From contig NC_045697.1 of NCBI RefSeq assembly GCF_009834535.1, forward strand, positions 108,006,001 to 108,070,000: a stretch of 64,000 nt of DNA, written 5' to 3'. A program made the translations under genes and the position numbers. This document shows, one piece after another, positions 23,106 to 35,131 of this stretch (positions are counted from its first letter, which is position 1; each line of letters opens with the position of its first letter). The stretch comes from Camelus ferus (Eukaryota). The notes under the pieces were generated by a model that was not told where the DNA came from, did no database searches, and worked only from the letters and a program-made list of their open reading frames with translations.

Positions 23106-26100
23106 AATGAACCCTGCATAAATTCCATCAGTGTGAATTTCTCTTATAAGGAAAATGTAGTGTGTAATTTGGCCCTGAGTGCCTCCTCCGTGCAACAAAT
23201 CTCTACAGAGGGAAGAAGTGTAGACTGCGAGAATTTATCTAAATTACTAAACTGTAATGATCTGGTCCTCCAAATGAGACAAGCAGCAGTCTTGCATAAA
23301 TGTTTCAGCTTGGCCTGCAATTTACTAATCGGAGGCTGGAGGTGACTTGCCATAAAACTACACAGGCTTTTAACTGATAGGTTTACAGAGGGTTCAGCTG
23401 CAAAACTGTGCCCTGTAATTGGAAGTTTAAAGGCACAAATCGCAGATCATTTAAATAAAAAGCTCAATATTCCTTCCACGTCTCCCCCTTCTAAAAGTTG
23501 AAGGAAAGCATCTCTGTCAGAAATAATCTGATATAGGCCTGTAACTCCCAGGGTAGGAAAAAACTGACTGTTATTGACAACTAAGACCTTACCCACAGCA
23601 CTTTTAACTTCTAAGTGTGTGTAAGAAAAAAAGTCTTTCTTAAAAACACGATAAATGGGTTTTGAGAATACCACCCTACATGTCTACATGATGAAAGGAA
23701 AACAAACTTAATTAGCCTAGACCAAATTTCACCCTTTGATACACACAGATAACTCCCGCCGAGATAACTATATAAAAACCAAGGCTGTGTTTGGATCTCA
23801 GAGTAATGTGTGTTTTTCCAAGAGCAGAAGTTGTTCTCTGTCACGTATCCATATGTAGTGCTTGTATGTACGCTTAGTGTTTCTGTGTGTCTATCCACTG
23901 CCTGTGAAGGGAAGATATTTGAGAACTGAATGACTGGTTAAGAGGGCTAAGAGTGTAAGTACTCACCTTCCTTCTTGTTAAACGATCTCTACTTGTGGCT
24001 TACATTTCTGGGGTTCGTGCGCGCGCACACAGACTCCTCTGGAGCTTCTCTTCTGATCCTCTGTGATTAGTTGGTAGTCTCCGGGCGGAAAAGAAACGGG
24101 ATAAATAGGAAATGGGACCATGAAACAGAAGTGTCACCAACCAGGGGACATCCTGCAGTGCTTCCCTCCATGTACATTGCCTGGTCTTCTTTCTGACCTC
24201 CGTCCTATTGACAGGGGAGCCAAGAAGAGGGCAGGGGACCATAGGAAGGGCTACTGCTTTTCTTTCAGAGCCATATGCCTCATGTTTAATGCAAACCTTC
24301 TGAATCTTGGAACGAAAAGCATTGACACTGCAGGGAGGGGTGTACCTTTAAGTTTGTATTAAGTCAAAGTCCATAACATGATAACAATAAATGATATATT
24401 TCATTCTAGGCATCCATGAAAATAGCGAGAATAAATTATTCCAAAGAGATCATTCCTTCGAAAAGAGCTATTATATAATTGGTACTCTTGCCCTTAATGT
24501 TTCATTTAGATTTATGGTCAGAACGTTATCAGAACACATTCATCCATGCAAGATACTTCCTGAGAATTTCAATTATTATTTACTCTGTTATATACATCCA
24601 TGTGCATTTATGAAGCCAGAGGGATCACGTGCATGCAAATTGACAGACAGACGAAAACATCACGCTCCATCTTCTGCAGTGCAATGGTTTTTGACAGGCT
24701 GATTTCTAGTAGGTGCCCAGTCACTTGGTTTCACAGCTTAGCTATTCATCGTCAGACAGGGTGTCTGTGTTTGCCCCGTACACTTCCAGTTTGCAGGAGG
24801 GTGCCAGACTGGCATCCTGTCTCGTGACTCGATGACAGCCCCCATTAATAGCACATCCAGTGGTACTAACATCCAGTCCCTCTCAGCTGGGGGGAGTCTG
24901 GCAGTTAGTGCCAGTCTGAGGAACCGCACGGGCTGGGGCGAAAATATGCCAGCTCATGCAAAAGAGGGCAACTGTGAATTCACACCCTCTGAGTGCATGC
25001 GGAATTTCAGAAGGGGAGCTTTGAAACAAAAAGGGCGAGGGAGGATCATGGGAAAAGACTCTTATGGTGTCTGCCATCCTCACTTTGTGAAATCTGGGGT
25101 GAAACAAAATCACTATTGTTTCCCTCGGCGGGGACCATGCCATGGCTCTATGCTCTATTTATCCCGCAACACATTGCTAGTTCTTAATGATTATCATTAT
25201 CATTATTAATGATGGTAATAATTGACAACATGGTAAATAACTTGAAAGGAGCTAGTTTCCTGGAGGAAAAAAAAAAAAAAGTCACTGTAATAATGGCTCT
25301 TTTACACAGTAATAAATAGCACATTTGTGTCTTGGTATTTGAAATTATGTCTTTGTTTGCTGAGGCCGGAGGGCATAGGGTGCAATTTTGAAATCCAATA
25401 ATTGAGCAAATGAATTAGCATTAGGAAAAGGGTGCATGTTAATCAAAATCAGCCATTTGGACTTTGGGGCCTTAATTGCATCTACATTTTCTGTTTCCTT
25501 CTTTCTTTCTAATGTCACTTATTTCTGGATTTGTAGTGCCTTCTCCAAAAGAGGAGAAGAATGTTGCTTATTGGGAGCTGAGATTTTAGGTTATGCCTCA
25601 TAAAAGGATGTTTTCTGAAGGAAATACCATTTAATAGGGGTAAAGCCTAAAATGCAAATATACCAGAAGGGAAGGCTGAGAAGGGCCCGGGGAGCTGCTG
25701 ATTCTCGCAGCTTCTCTCCCTGAGTTTAATCCGTCAAGAGTAGGAGAGAGTAGGCAGACCTGGTAACCAGTCTCTGAAAAACAGAAGGTTAATATGTTTC
25801 TTCAGAAGACTTGCCAAAGATACTGCTCAATAGTCCGATTGAGAAAAACATGTGTGTCTTTCTACCTGGACTTGGAAACGTTTCCCTGCATTGACCTGCA
25901 AGGTAAGTCATTTCAATTAAACTGGAATTAGGAAAAAAAAAGCACTTCCTGCAACGTGAAACAAGAGCTCAGGCTTTTTCCCCTCTACTCTTTCTGTGAT
26001 TTACAGCGACATCTAATATCGGAATAAAAACTCAAAAATGATCTATGGAGCTCAATGTACACTTCTTTTAGAAATGGTCTAGCACGAAGGAGTACTTGTG

Positions 26101-26862
26101 CCTGAGCTCATATGTTTGCAAAGATGGCAGAGTTGATTTTACCTTGAATCCCCCCTGGAATTCCAAATACACATTCTCTGGGATATGCATTTAGCCTCAG
26201 AATCTGGTAGAAAAAGATAGGAATCCATTTCCACTAAGAAATCCTTTCTTGAACTATCAGCTCGGCAGATAAAGTATCAGCTTGGTGGAAGTAATAATAA
26301 TAAAGATGATAATATCTCATTGAGAACAGATTGAGCCACATTTCATCCGCTTTTTCCCACCGAACATCATGGCCGTCTTGTAGCACATCTCCAGATGATG
26401 AATTTTCATTGCTCCCTGATGTTGCGTTTCCTGGGGCTCCTCCACGTAAGTCCCTAAAGCAACACACGCAGACTTGGAGAATCATTGTTCCATCTCCTGT
26501 TCTCAAGATTCGTCATAAATTCCTCGTGTCTTTTGCCCATATGATTGGAAACGGTTTTGCCCTACACTTTGAGACTGAGTTCCATCTTGGAACTCAAGTC
26601 CACTGTAGGCCTGGTTTCCTTTTGGAGCCATGAAACAGGTTCTGTGGATGGAAAAATCTCTTTTCTAGGTTTTCTGCATTGTTCTGGCTGAGCTGGCAAC
26701 TTCATGCAGCTGCTGCCTCTAGTCACCTCTGCCCCACTCCAAGGAGACAGGGCGTCCCACTTTCTATGGCGGGTCTTTGCTCCCTTCTCTATGTTTCCCA
26801 GTACTATGTGAATGCCCTGTTTTAGCACTCCTCACACGGTGCTCTTAGTCCCAGGTCAAGGA

Positions 26863-27053
26863 GGGGAGGGTACTCAGAGGTAGAGTGCATGCTTAGCATG
26901 CACGAGGTCTTCGGTTCAATCCCCAGTATCTCTGTTTAAAAAAATTTTTTTTAAATAAACGAATAAATAAACCCAATCACCACCCCCATTAAAAAGAAAA
27001 AGAAACAAAAAAGAAAAACAAAAACAAAAAGAAAAAAGAAGAAGAAGAAAAGA
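26863..27053 (+). mobile_element. tRNA-Ala-derived SINE (Vic-1-like)
   Basis: Head GGGGAGGGTACTCAGAGGTAGAGTGCATGCTTAGCATGCACGAGGTCTTCGGTTCAATCCCCAG, A-rich tail, TSD agtcc(ca/tg)ggtca at 26847-26858 and 27054-27065. Confidence 0.92.
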
Positions 27054-28005
27054 AGTCCTGGGTCAGAGTGTCAGCAGGGTTGATTGCTGCAGGAGTTTCC
27101 GAGGGAGAATCGATTCCATGCCTCTCCCCCAGGTCCTGGTGGTGACCTGCAATCCTTGGTCATCCTTGGCTTGTGGCAGCATATTCCAGTCTCTGTTTAC
27201 TCCTCTGCATGGTGTCCTCCCCTATATGTGTCTGTGTCTCTTAACTTCTTATAAGGACACTAGTCCTATCGGATTAGGGCCCACCCTACTCTTGTATGAC
27301 CTCATCTTGACTTGTGCAGTGGAGGAGAAATACTTTTCCCTCTACCCTTCTGAGTTCTTATCTGAGACCCCTGTAATAGAAGACAGGTGAAAAGGAGAAA
27401 AACAAAGATGTTTATTAACATGTATACCTCGTGTATAAATGGGAGACACTCAGGGGAAAATGAGTAACTCCCTGAGATGGCTTAGAATTTGGGCTTAAAT
27501 ACCTTCTTAATGGGGAAAGGGGAAGGGGGATGTAGGCCTCTTAGGGGAGAGGAAATGATTCTTGGGAAGGATGAATGAGCCCTTGGAAGAATAGATAGAT
27601 GATGTGATAGATCGTGACTGAGTTCGTCTGGATGTGGTGTCCAATTCCAGTGTCTTCTCCTGTGATGAGTCAACCTTCCCTGATTCATGGAACGCCCAAG
27701 GAGGGGATTTATGATAATTGAGTTCCTCTTGAAGGATCTGTCTTTAGCCAGTTCAGGGAAGATCAGAGAAAGCCTCTCCTCACATTTGCTGTTCTCAGTT
27801 GCCTCCGATTCAATATGCCAACGTGGCATCTTTCAAGATGGCCTGTCCTGAGCGCCCACAGTCACGTTTACACATGGTGGTGTGCTCTGCTCCCCTTCAC
27901 CTGATTACATCTGCGATGACCTTGTTTCCAAACAAGGTCCCATTCTGAGGTGCCAGTGGTTAGGACTTCAACATATTCTGGGGGGACACAGTTCAACTCA
28001 CAGCA
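27054..28005 (-). mobile_element. MLT1 (MaLR) LTR, split by an ERV1 LTR
   Basis: cttataaggacactagtc...ggattagggcccaccctac...ctcatcttgact resumes as gattacatctgc...gggggacacagttcaac. Confidence 0.85.
27315..27899 (-). mobile_element. MER34-like ERV1 solo LTR nested in MLT1
   Basis: TG...CA termini, 4-bp TSD cttg/cctg, and minus-strand GATGCCACGTTGGCATATTGA motif. Confidence 0.8.
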
Positions 28006-28019
28006 GAGTTACAACCTTT

Positions 28020-28145
28020 GTGCTGTCACCTTTTCCTACTGCACTGTGAGCCCCTAGAGGACACTTCTGCGTCTGCTGTATATGTCCCAGCACCTGGTAC
28101 ACCACAGTCCTCAATAAAGGATGTTTAATGAATGAATAAGCAAAC
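28020..28145 (+). mobile_element. LINE-2 3' end fragment
   Basis: ctgtgagcccctagagg...cccagcacctgg...ctcaataaaggatgtttaatgaatgaat. Confidence 0.65.
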
Positions 28146-29163
28146 GTGTCTTCACAATTACGGGGTTGGGAGGTGGAGAAATGTTGGTACTTGATAGAAA
28201 AGAGCCCCGTCTCTTGCCTGGGTGTCTAGAATTCTCTGTTCTGCAGCATATTGACCGGAGTGCCTACAGACACTACAGCTTCACTTTGTAAAACTAGTTT
28301 CACTATTTCAACAAACCTTACAGAGATGGTGCGTGTTTCCACAGCAAGGCTGCAGCGGCTAACCAAAATGTCAGGTTTCTTTGCTCTTGACTCAGAATTT
28401 CTATTTGGTGGGAACTGAGAGCCTCTCAGAGACTTCTCTGCCCGACGGCATCGCAGGGCCCATGCGCAGGAGCCAAGTTCTAAGTCGGGTGGTGTCTTCC
28501 AGAGCCCTGAACAGAAGGTGGGAGCCGAAGCCCACTCTTGTCCTTGGTGCTGCGTTCACATACTCATCCCCCGCAGCGGCCGCCCTTGTCTGGTTCAGAG
28601 CTGCTCTACAGCCCCTCTCTCTGTCTCTCTTCTTCCTCCCCTCTCCCATCTTCCCCAGGCTTCTGTTGTTTCTGTTCTTTAACTTCCCCTGCCTGACATC
28701 CTCCTCTTACCTAACAACAAGCCTCACCAGTCTTAGGGAGAAAGGGATAGCTTCTCACCACAACAGCGGAGCCCTATGGCTGGCCCTTCCTAAAGTGGCT
28801 ATTAGAGGACTTTGGAAAATCCTCCCCATCCAAATGCCTGGCTGGTAAAGCTATTGTTTGGCTGCCTAATCCTATTTTGCAGGTTACAAGTGACTACCAG
28901 CTTTCTCCTTTCTCTTTGTTACTTCTTGGGCAAATTCTAATCTCCCCCGTGGCAGATGGACACCGTGGGCCTGCTAGTACAAAAGCAAACAGGAAAAGCT
29001 AATTAAACAACTTTCAAAATATCACTTCTAATATACTAAGTAATTACAAGTTACTCAGTGAGAAATGCCAAAGAAGACGTCAACCGGGGCATGACACAGA
29101 GAAAGTGAAGTCGGTGAGGAGAGCACGGAGGGCTTTCCAGCCCATCAAACAGCCTTGAGGGGA

Positions 29164-29731
29164 TGTAGGAATTCAGAGTATGCTGCTCCAAAATATGCCA
29201 CTCTGGTATAAGGATTATTTTGAGCGAAAGGCATTTTGGGGAAAAAAAATTAAAAAGCAGACAAGAAAAACTCTCAGTCCTCCCGCTCTCTACCAGGGAA
29301 GGGGAAGAGGACTGTTAATCACCGGAGACAACTCTATAGACTCTTAGCAATTCAGAGGTGGCAGCGCCAGAGAAATATACAGGGCAAACCTCGCCAGGAC
29401 AGCCCTTCTCTTCCATTAGTTTCCGCCATATATTTACCTTCCCACAGTCTGCTTCCTCTAAACGCCTACAGACCTTTTACTTCGTCTTGTCACTTCGCTA
29501 CAAAATTTATTGTTCTTTCACTAAGATGCTGTCTAAGCGCACGTTCTAGCCATCCCTTTGAGTTACTTATTGCTGAGTACTCTTTTGTGTATATGTAATG
29601 CCCACGTGAATAAGCTTCTGTTTGTTTTTCCCTTGTTAGTCTGGTTTTTTTTTTTTTTTTGTCAGTCTAATTTGCAGTCTAGTCAATGAACCTTAGATGA
29701 ATTTTTTTAAAAAAGGGTTTTCTCCTCTACA
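29164..29731 (+). mobile_element. MER34-like ERV1 solo LTR
   Basis: Starts TGTAGGA...CCAAAATATGCCACTCTGGTATAAGGATTATTTTGAGC and ends CTCTACA (TGTAG/CTACA inverted termini); flanks are gggga/gagga. Confidence 0.85.
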
Positions 29732-30240
29732 GAGGAAAATAACTTAGGGGAAGGGACCCAGGAGATTGTGCTGTGGTCTTCATTAAGGCATGGACCACAT
29801 TTCACCACAGCCTTGACCAGTTAGTCACTTAACTTTACTCTACGATTTCCCCCATTTGTTTCAGATGGACAAGCGTGTTCCTCAGGACCCTTGGCCAAAG
29901 CTTGTGACCCGCTTACCAACCCTTATCTGGTGATTTTATTTGTTTTTTTTTAATGTTTCAAGAACCTGTCATTTTCATGAAGGAGACTGGAGGAGGGAGG
30001 AGGAAAAACCAGTTTTCTGTGATGCTGTGGCTGCTCACTGGAATCACTTTGAGAGCTTAAAAATATATATATATATTTATATTTGTATATACACACATAT
30101 ACATGTCAGGATGTAAGAGTTTGTTATTGCTTAAGCTCTGGTTTCTGGGACAGCACTGATCAGGCGCTGAATTCTGGGAGAATTCCTTTTGTATTTCTGA
30201 ACTTAAGTTGGGTCCATGATACTTCTATTCTGGGTGTTGG

Positions 30241-30815
30241 TGTTGTGGACGAGAGGTTCTTGTCTTGTCACAGAAAGAATTCAGAAACAAGACACAGAGG
30301 TCAAGAAAACAAAGCAAGGATTTATTAGGGATAGATAGAATGCTCTCAAGGAAAGAGCCTGCAGACCCAGGCGGGTCGCTGCCCCGAGTTTCCTTGACAA
30401 GCTCGTTATAAGGGTGTAAAAATGAACGGGCAGCATTCATTGGTGGGGAGGGGTTTGGGGTCATCTCTCCTGGTCTTCATCCCAGCTCCACCTTCCCAGG
30501 TGGGGAGGAGGGATTTTTTTTGTCTTTACAATCGGGAAGTTGGATGAGGTCATAATGAACAAAAGGTTACATTTGGATGGAGGTCATTAATGATTGAAAG
30601 GTTATATCAGGATGGTGGGGATTCCTGTCCTGTCCCACCCTTCTGCCTCCAGGGCACTTATCAATCCAGAAGGTATGGTCCTTTATCATTCCGGAAGATT
30701 CTGTTTTTCTTGGTCTGTCCAAGGACCCCCATTGTTCACAAGATGCATGGTTTTCTGCCATTTGGCCCATGTCCCCCTTTCTCTGCTCATATCTAGCTAC
30801 TTGCCTTCTCTAACA
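30241..30815 (-). mobile_element. ERV1-class solo LTR (575 bp)
   Basis: TGTT...AACA termini, perfect 4-bp TSD TTGG (30237-30240 and 30816-30819), and minus-strand AATAAA at ~30320-30325. Confidence 0.88.
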
Positions 30816-33523
30816 TTGGTATTGGCATGTGTTTGGGTGACATTCCTCAGCCACCGGTACACGTCTCTTCCCAAACCTTGGCGTCACATATTTGACTTTA
30901 GTGTGAGCCTGTGCTGCACCATTAGACAGCTGGGGACCGCTGTGTTGGGACCTGCAATGTCATCCCACCCAGTGTCATGGACACCTGAGTGAGAACTGAT
31001 GCCAAGATCGCCACATGCACAGCGCATGTCTTGTTACAGCCGGAAGCCTTGGGGCTGTGTGTGAGGGCTCAAGTTCAGAGCACTTCTCTCTATGAGATGC
31101 TAGAACTATCTAATGATATCTGCTCTCTCTATGGTTTTTGGCAACATAACACTTATATTTCCATTTTGCCCATGAGTGATAGAATTAAGAATAAGATCAT
31201 TCCTTGGAATTCTACAGCCTGCTTTTATTCTGATCTCTCCAAATTAACAGACCAGATTCACTTATGTTCACTTGTGGCCCTTGAGAGTTTGACATCATGG
31301 CGACTGGGATTTGAGTCCTTATTGATGGGTAGGTGAGAAAGAGCCCAACAGGAGCTAAGGATAAGAAAGTACCTAGCAGGGGGGCTGCAGGAGCTAAAGG
31401 ACGTGTGGATTTTCTGAACCGTCAGCTTGATTATTCATTATTTTCTTCTTTTATTTACTGGTTAAAAAGACACTACTGCACACCATTCAGTTGGATAAGC
31501 TCTGTGGGTGCCTGGCTCATTATAGGTGGCCTCCAATATTTGTGGAGAGAGTAGATTAGAAAACGGTTTGTAGAAGGAGCTCCTCATGATTGGCCCTGAC
31601 CTGCTCCTTGGGTCCTAGACTTCCTGACCCAGCACCTCTGTAATGACTGTGGCTCAAAGGCTCCTGCTTCCTCATTTCTCCAGCTGCCTGTCATCCTTCT
31701 CCACTTGTTGGGATGGACATCTTTTCTGTCTCACTCCTACATCCTTGCCACGTAAGCCTTTGACTTGTCAGTCATGACATTCCCATTTATAAATCCATTT
31801 TTATAGCTCTTCATCTGCTAGGAAATATTGGGGTTAACTTCAGTATTGTTTGTACCTGAATTATGCTCTGCTTTCCCATCTGTATCTTAATTTTCTATAT
31901 ACTTTGTTCTTGGTTTTTGCCTGGTTTCTATTCCTTCTCCATTTTTCCCCAGCTGCTATTTTCTTGTTCATACATAGATCAGGATTAAGAATGAGAGGTA
32001 GTGAAAAACTATTTTAGAGAAAAATTGTGATAAAGATATCCATACATAACTAAGGGAATTTTTTCTTTTTATTAATTCTGATTTATGCTCTGCATTTTGC
32101 TAAGGTGATAAAAAGAAGCAACTGAAACCAACTCTGTTGTTATTAGGGTCCTGGTCAGCCCCTTGGCTGCCCTGGCAAGGGCCTAGCATATAGGAGGCCC
32201 TTCATAAATGCTTACTTAATGACCAGAAAGAAAACAGAGAGGCTTTTTAAAACTCGAATTATTCAATGAAAAGATTGTAATGGAAATGGGGGAAAAGATT
32301 GAAATGGAAATGAGATTTTGGAGTTCTCTGTAAATCCTGTTTCACATTCCTGCCTTTTCCCATCAGCATTGATCATTGAAAATTGACTGCATTTAATTTC
32401 AAATTTATTAATTGCTATACAATTTATTTTTTCTGAAAAATCAGTGTAGTTTGGCTACTTAGAAAATTGATTTGTTCAATTAATTTTCAAACTTTGGACT
32501 CATTTTTATCTTAGAAGCGTTTTATACTTTCGAATGTTTCAAATAAATTACCCCTCTAAAACTACTGGAAAGTTAATAGTAAAACTTAATGTAACAAAAA
32601 AAAAAAAAATCTCATTTCGTGGAACCCAATTTTCCAGAGATGTAGGCTTTATTAAATGAAAATGACTTCCAATCTGTAGTGTAAAATCTGCCTTCCACTC
32701 AAGGCGATGGCCGAGGCATCCGTATTAGTGTCTCAGGAAATTTCCCTTCAGTGAATCGACCTTTAAACACCCTCCATTACATGCATTAGTTGGGATTTCT
32801 GTTCCCTGAGCTTGTTCATTTCATGTAGTTTTCCTGTTCTCAGCCTCTTTTCTCCTCACACCATCAGATCTGAGATTTATTGTGCCACTCAAGTTTCCCA
32901 GTTACCTCCCCCTTCCTCAGTTTACAAGAACCACTCAGATTTTCTCTAGAGACGTCTTTTTCTTCTCAAGCTCCCTTTTCTTCTTTTGTAGGTTAGGCAT
33001 TTGTTGATGTATTTCCTTGGTGGTCAGCATTTGTTACCCAGTGAAAATGCCGACACCTGCAAGTTTCTTCCTAGGTGTCACAACATTTCCCGAGAACAAT
33101 GGGCTGATTTCCATATTTATAGAATATTATTTTTAATGGAAGTGCCCTTGACCCTGACCTGCTCTGTAAAAATGAAATTTTGTTTTATTTTCTCTCATCT
33201 TTGTGCCAGGTCTTGAACCCAATGTTTTTTATAGTTGAAAGCAATGTTTCTAGCTTTTCTCCTCCCTCTGATTCATACTGGCAGTTTTTACTTGGATCTT
33301 CAGTTAATTTTAGCATAAACTTAACATAACAAAGTGTAATCAGTTGGCTGTGAGATTGCCACGGGTGTCTGTGGATTTTTAACTGTACAATCAATGAGTT
33401 TACTTCAGGTTGTGTGTCCCAGTGTGAAAGATGAACTCATTGCTTAGAAGCCTGGAATTTGCCTATTTGATGGCAGTAGTTACTTATAAATAGATGAAAT
33501 AGTTACTTAAAATGATGAAAGAA

Positions 33524-33685
33524 GGGTGAGGGTATAGCTCAGTGGTAGAATGCATGCTTAGCATGCACGAGGTCCTGGGTTCAATTCCCAGTACTTCCAT
33601 TAAAAAATAAATAAATATATAAAAACCTAATGATCACCCCCCCCACACACACACACAAACAACAACAACAAAAAAACCACATCAA
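33524..33685 (+). mobile_element. tRNA-Ala-derived SINE (Vic-1-like)
   Basis: A box TAGCTCAGTGG, B box GGTTCAATTCC, perfect 15-bp TSD aaaatgatgaaagaa (33509-33523 and 33686-33700) at a TT/AAAA L1 endonuclease site. Confidence 0.95.
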
Positions 33686-35100
33686 AAAATGATGAAAGAA
33701 ATAGGGAGAAGTCATCAGGGGCAGAGATGGAGAATCCATTGCAGACTCGAGATTGCCCTTACATAATGACTATTAAAGAACTTAATGCAATGTTTTCCAG
33801 TATCCAGCAATGAGCCACATCTTAAGCCAGATTTTTTTTTTTTTAATATTGCAGTGAAATTTGAGTATCTGTCCCTTTTCCTCACTTTCTACAACCCAGG
33901 AAAGGAGAACTTAATAACAGTTTAATACAACAGATTTTCTTCATCCCCTGCTGCTGAAGGTGAGATGTCAGATCTGCATCATCATTCACTGAGATTTTTA
34001 GCTCTCAAGAACCAGTGGTTGTGTCTTCATTTCCTCCACGTCCACCTCTCCAAATGTTAAAAATTCTGTATGCATTTGAAAATGGGTGTCTACACCAGCT
34101 ATGGGAAAAAGAAAATAAGCAAGCAATTCTCTGCCTGAAGTTTCAACGTGAACATTGGTCTCGGGCATCTGCAGCCCCCGTGGCAGCCCCTGGCTGGTCC
34201 TAACTGCTCTGCCTCCCAGACGGAAATCTTGGCCAAATTCCAGTTGGCTCCAATTTGATGCAACGTCAGTTCCGAGGACAAAAGACAAGTGAGTGTGCTG
34301 CACACCATTTTCTTGTTCCAAAAGTGAAGTATTTTCAAGGAGGTCACACTGTCCCTCTTCAAACCACTACAGTTTCCCTGAAGTTCCTTAATGGGAGTGT
34401 GTCATTGTCACTAGACAGTGTCACATATTGGGGCTCCAGATAGCTGCTAGTCAACACTAGATCCCAGTGAGTGACTTCTTAGTGTTCCTTTTCTCAGGTT
34501 TAAATTGTGCCTGTTTCTCCTGCTTAGCACCACGGGCATTTAATGGATTTTCAATACCAACTCAATAACCTGGTATCTCCAGTGAAAATGTACGAAAATA
34601 TTTATCTGAAAGTTGCATTCTTATAGAGAACTAATCCCTTTGGGCTTACTTGTAAGAGTGACTTATTTGCAGAAAGCCAGAGGCACACTTGGAGGGGAAG
34701 GGGTGGTAAGTAGGACATCCTGGGGGAACCCTTTGCAGGCTGGGATGGCCCCATGTACCAGGCCGACTGGAGGTTCTGAGGCTAAGCAAACAAGAATCCA
34801 GTGCTTGCTCAAGCCTAGAATCAGAAGGGCCAGTAAGCTTGAGTGTTTTAGATAAGATTCTGTGTTTGCAACCCTGCATCTCTGTAGAGAGAATTTCCCA
34901 GTGTTCCTCTTGATGGTCTTCTAAAGTGATTTACGAGACTTCAGAGAGACACTTGTCTGAAATGGGGTTCCTTGCAGATTAATTATGATGGCAAAAATAG
35001 CGTGCCCACATCTGTTGGAAATGAAAGGTTGTTGGAATAAGGAGTTCATAAAATCGTCCATTCAGATCCCCCCTTTTTGAACAAAAACAAGTCAACAACA

Positions 35101-35127
<27 letters not shown>
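35101..35127. repeat. (AC)13 microsatellite
   Basis: Read directly from the sequence. Confidence 0.95.

Positions 35128-35131
<4 letters not shown>

Noticed and set aside
26331..26445. Possible + strand exon ending at CAC|GTAAGT
   Set aside because: The acceptor lacks a pyrimidine tract and no translation resembles a protein I recognise.
27315..29731. Possible provirus between the two MER34-like LTRs
   Set aside because: The LTRs are in opposite orientation, each has its own TSD, and there is no gag/pol/env-like sequence between them.
33524..33600. Apparent tRNA-Ala(AGC) genes (also near 26863, 50700, 58680 and 60270)
   Set aside because: Each has an A-rich tail and mismatched stems, and most have a TSD, so they are SINE heads rather than tRNA genes.
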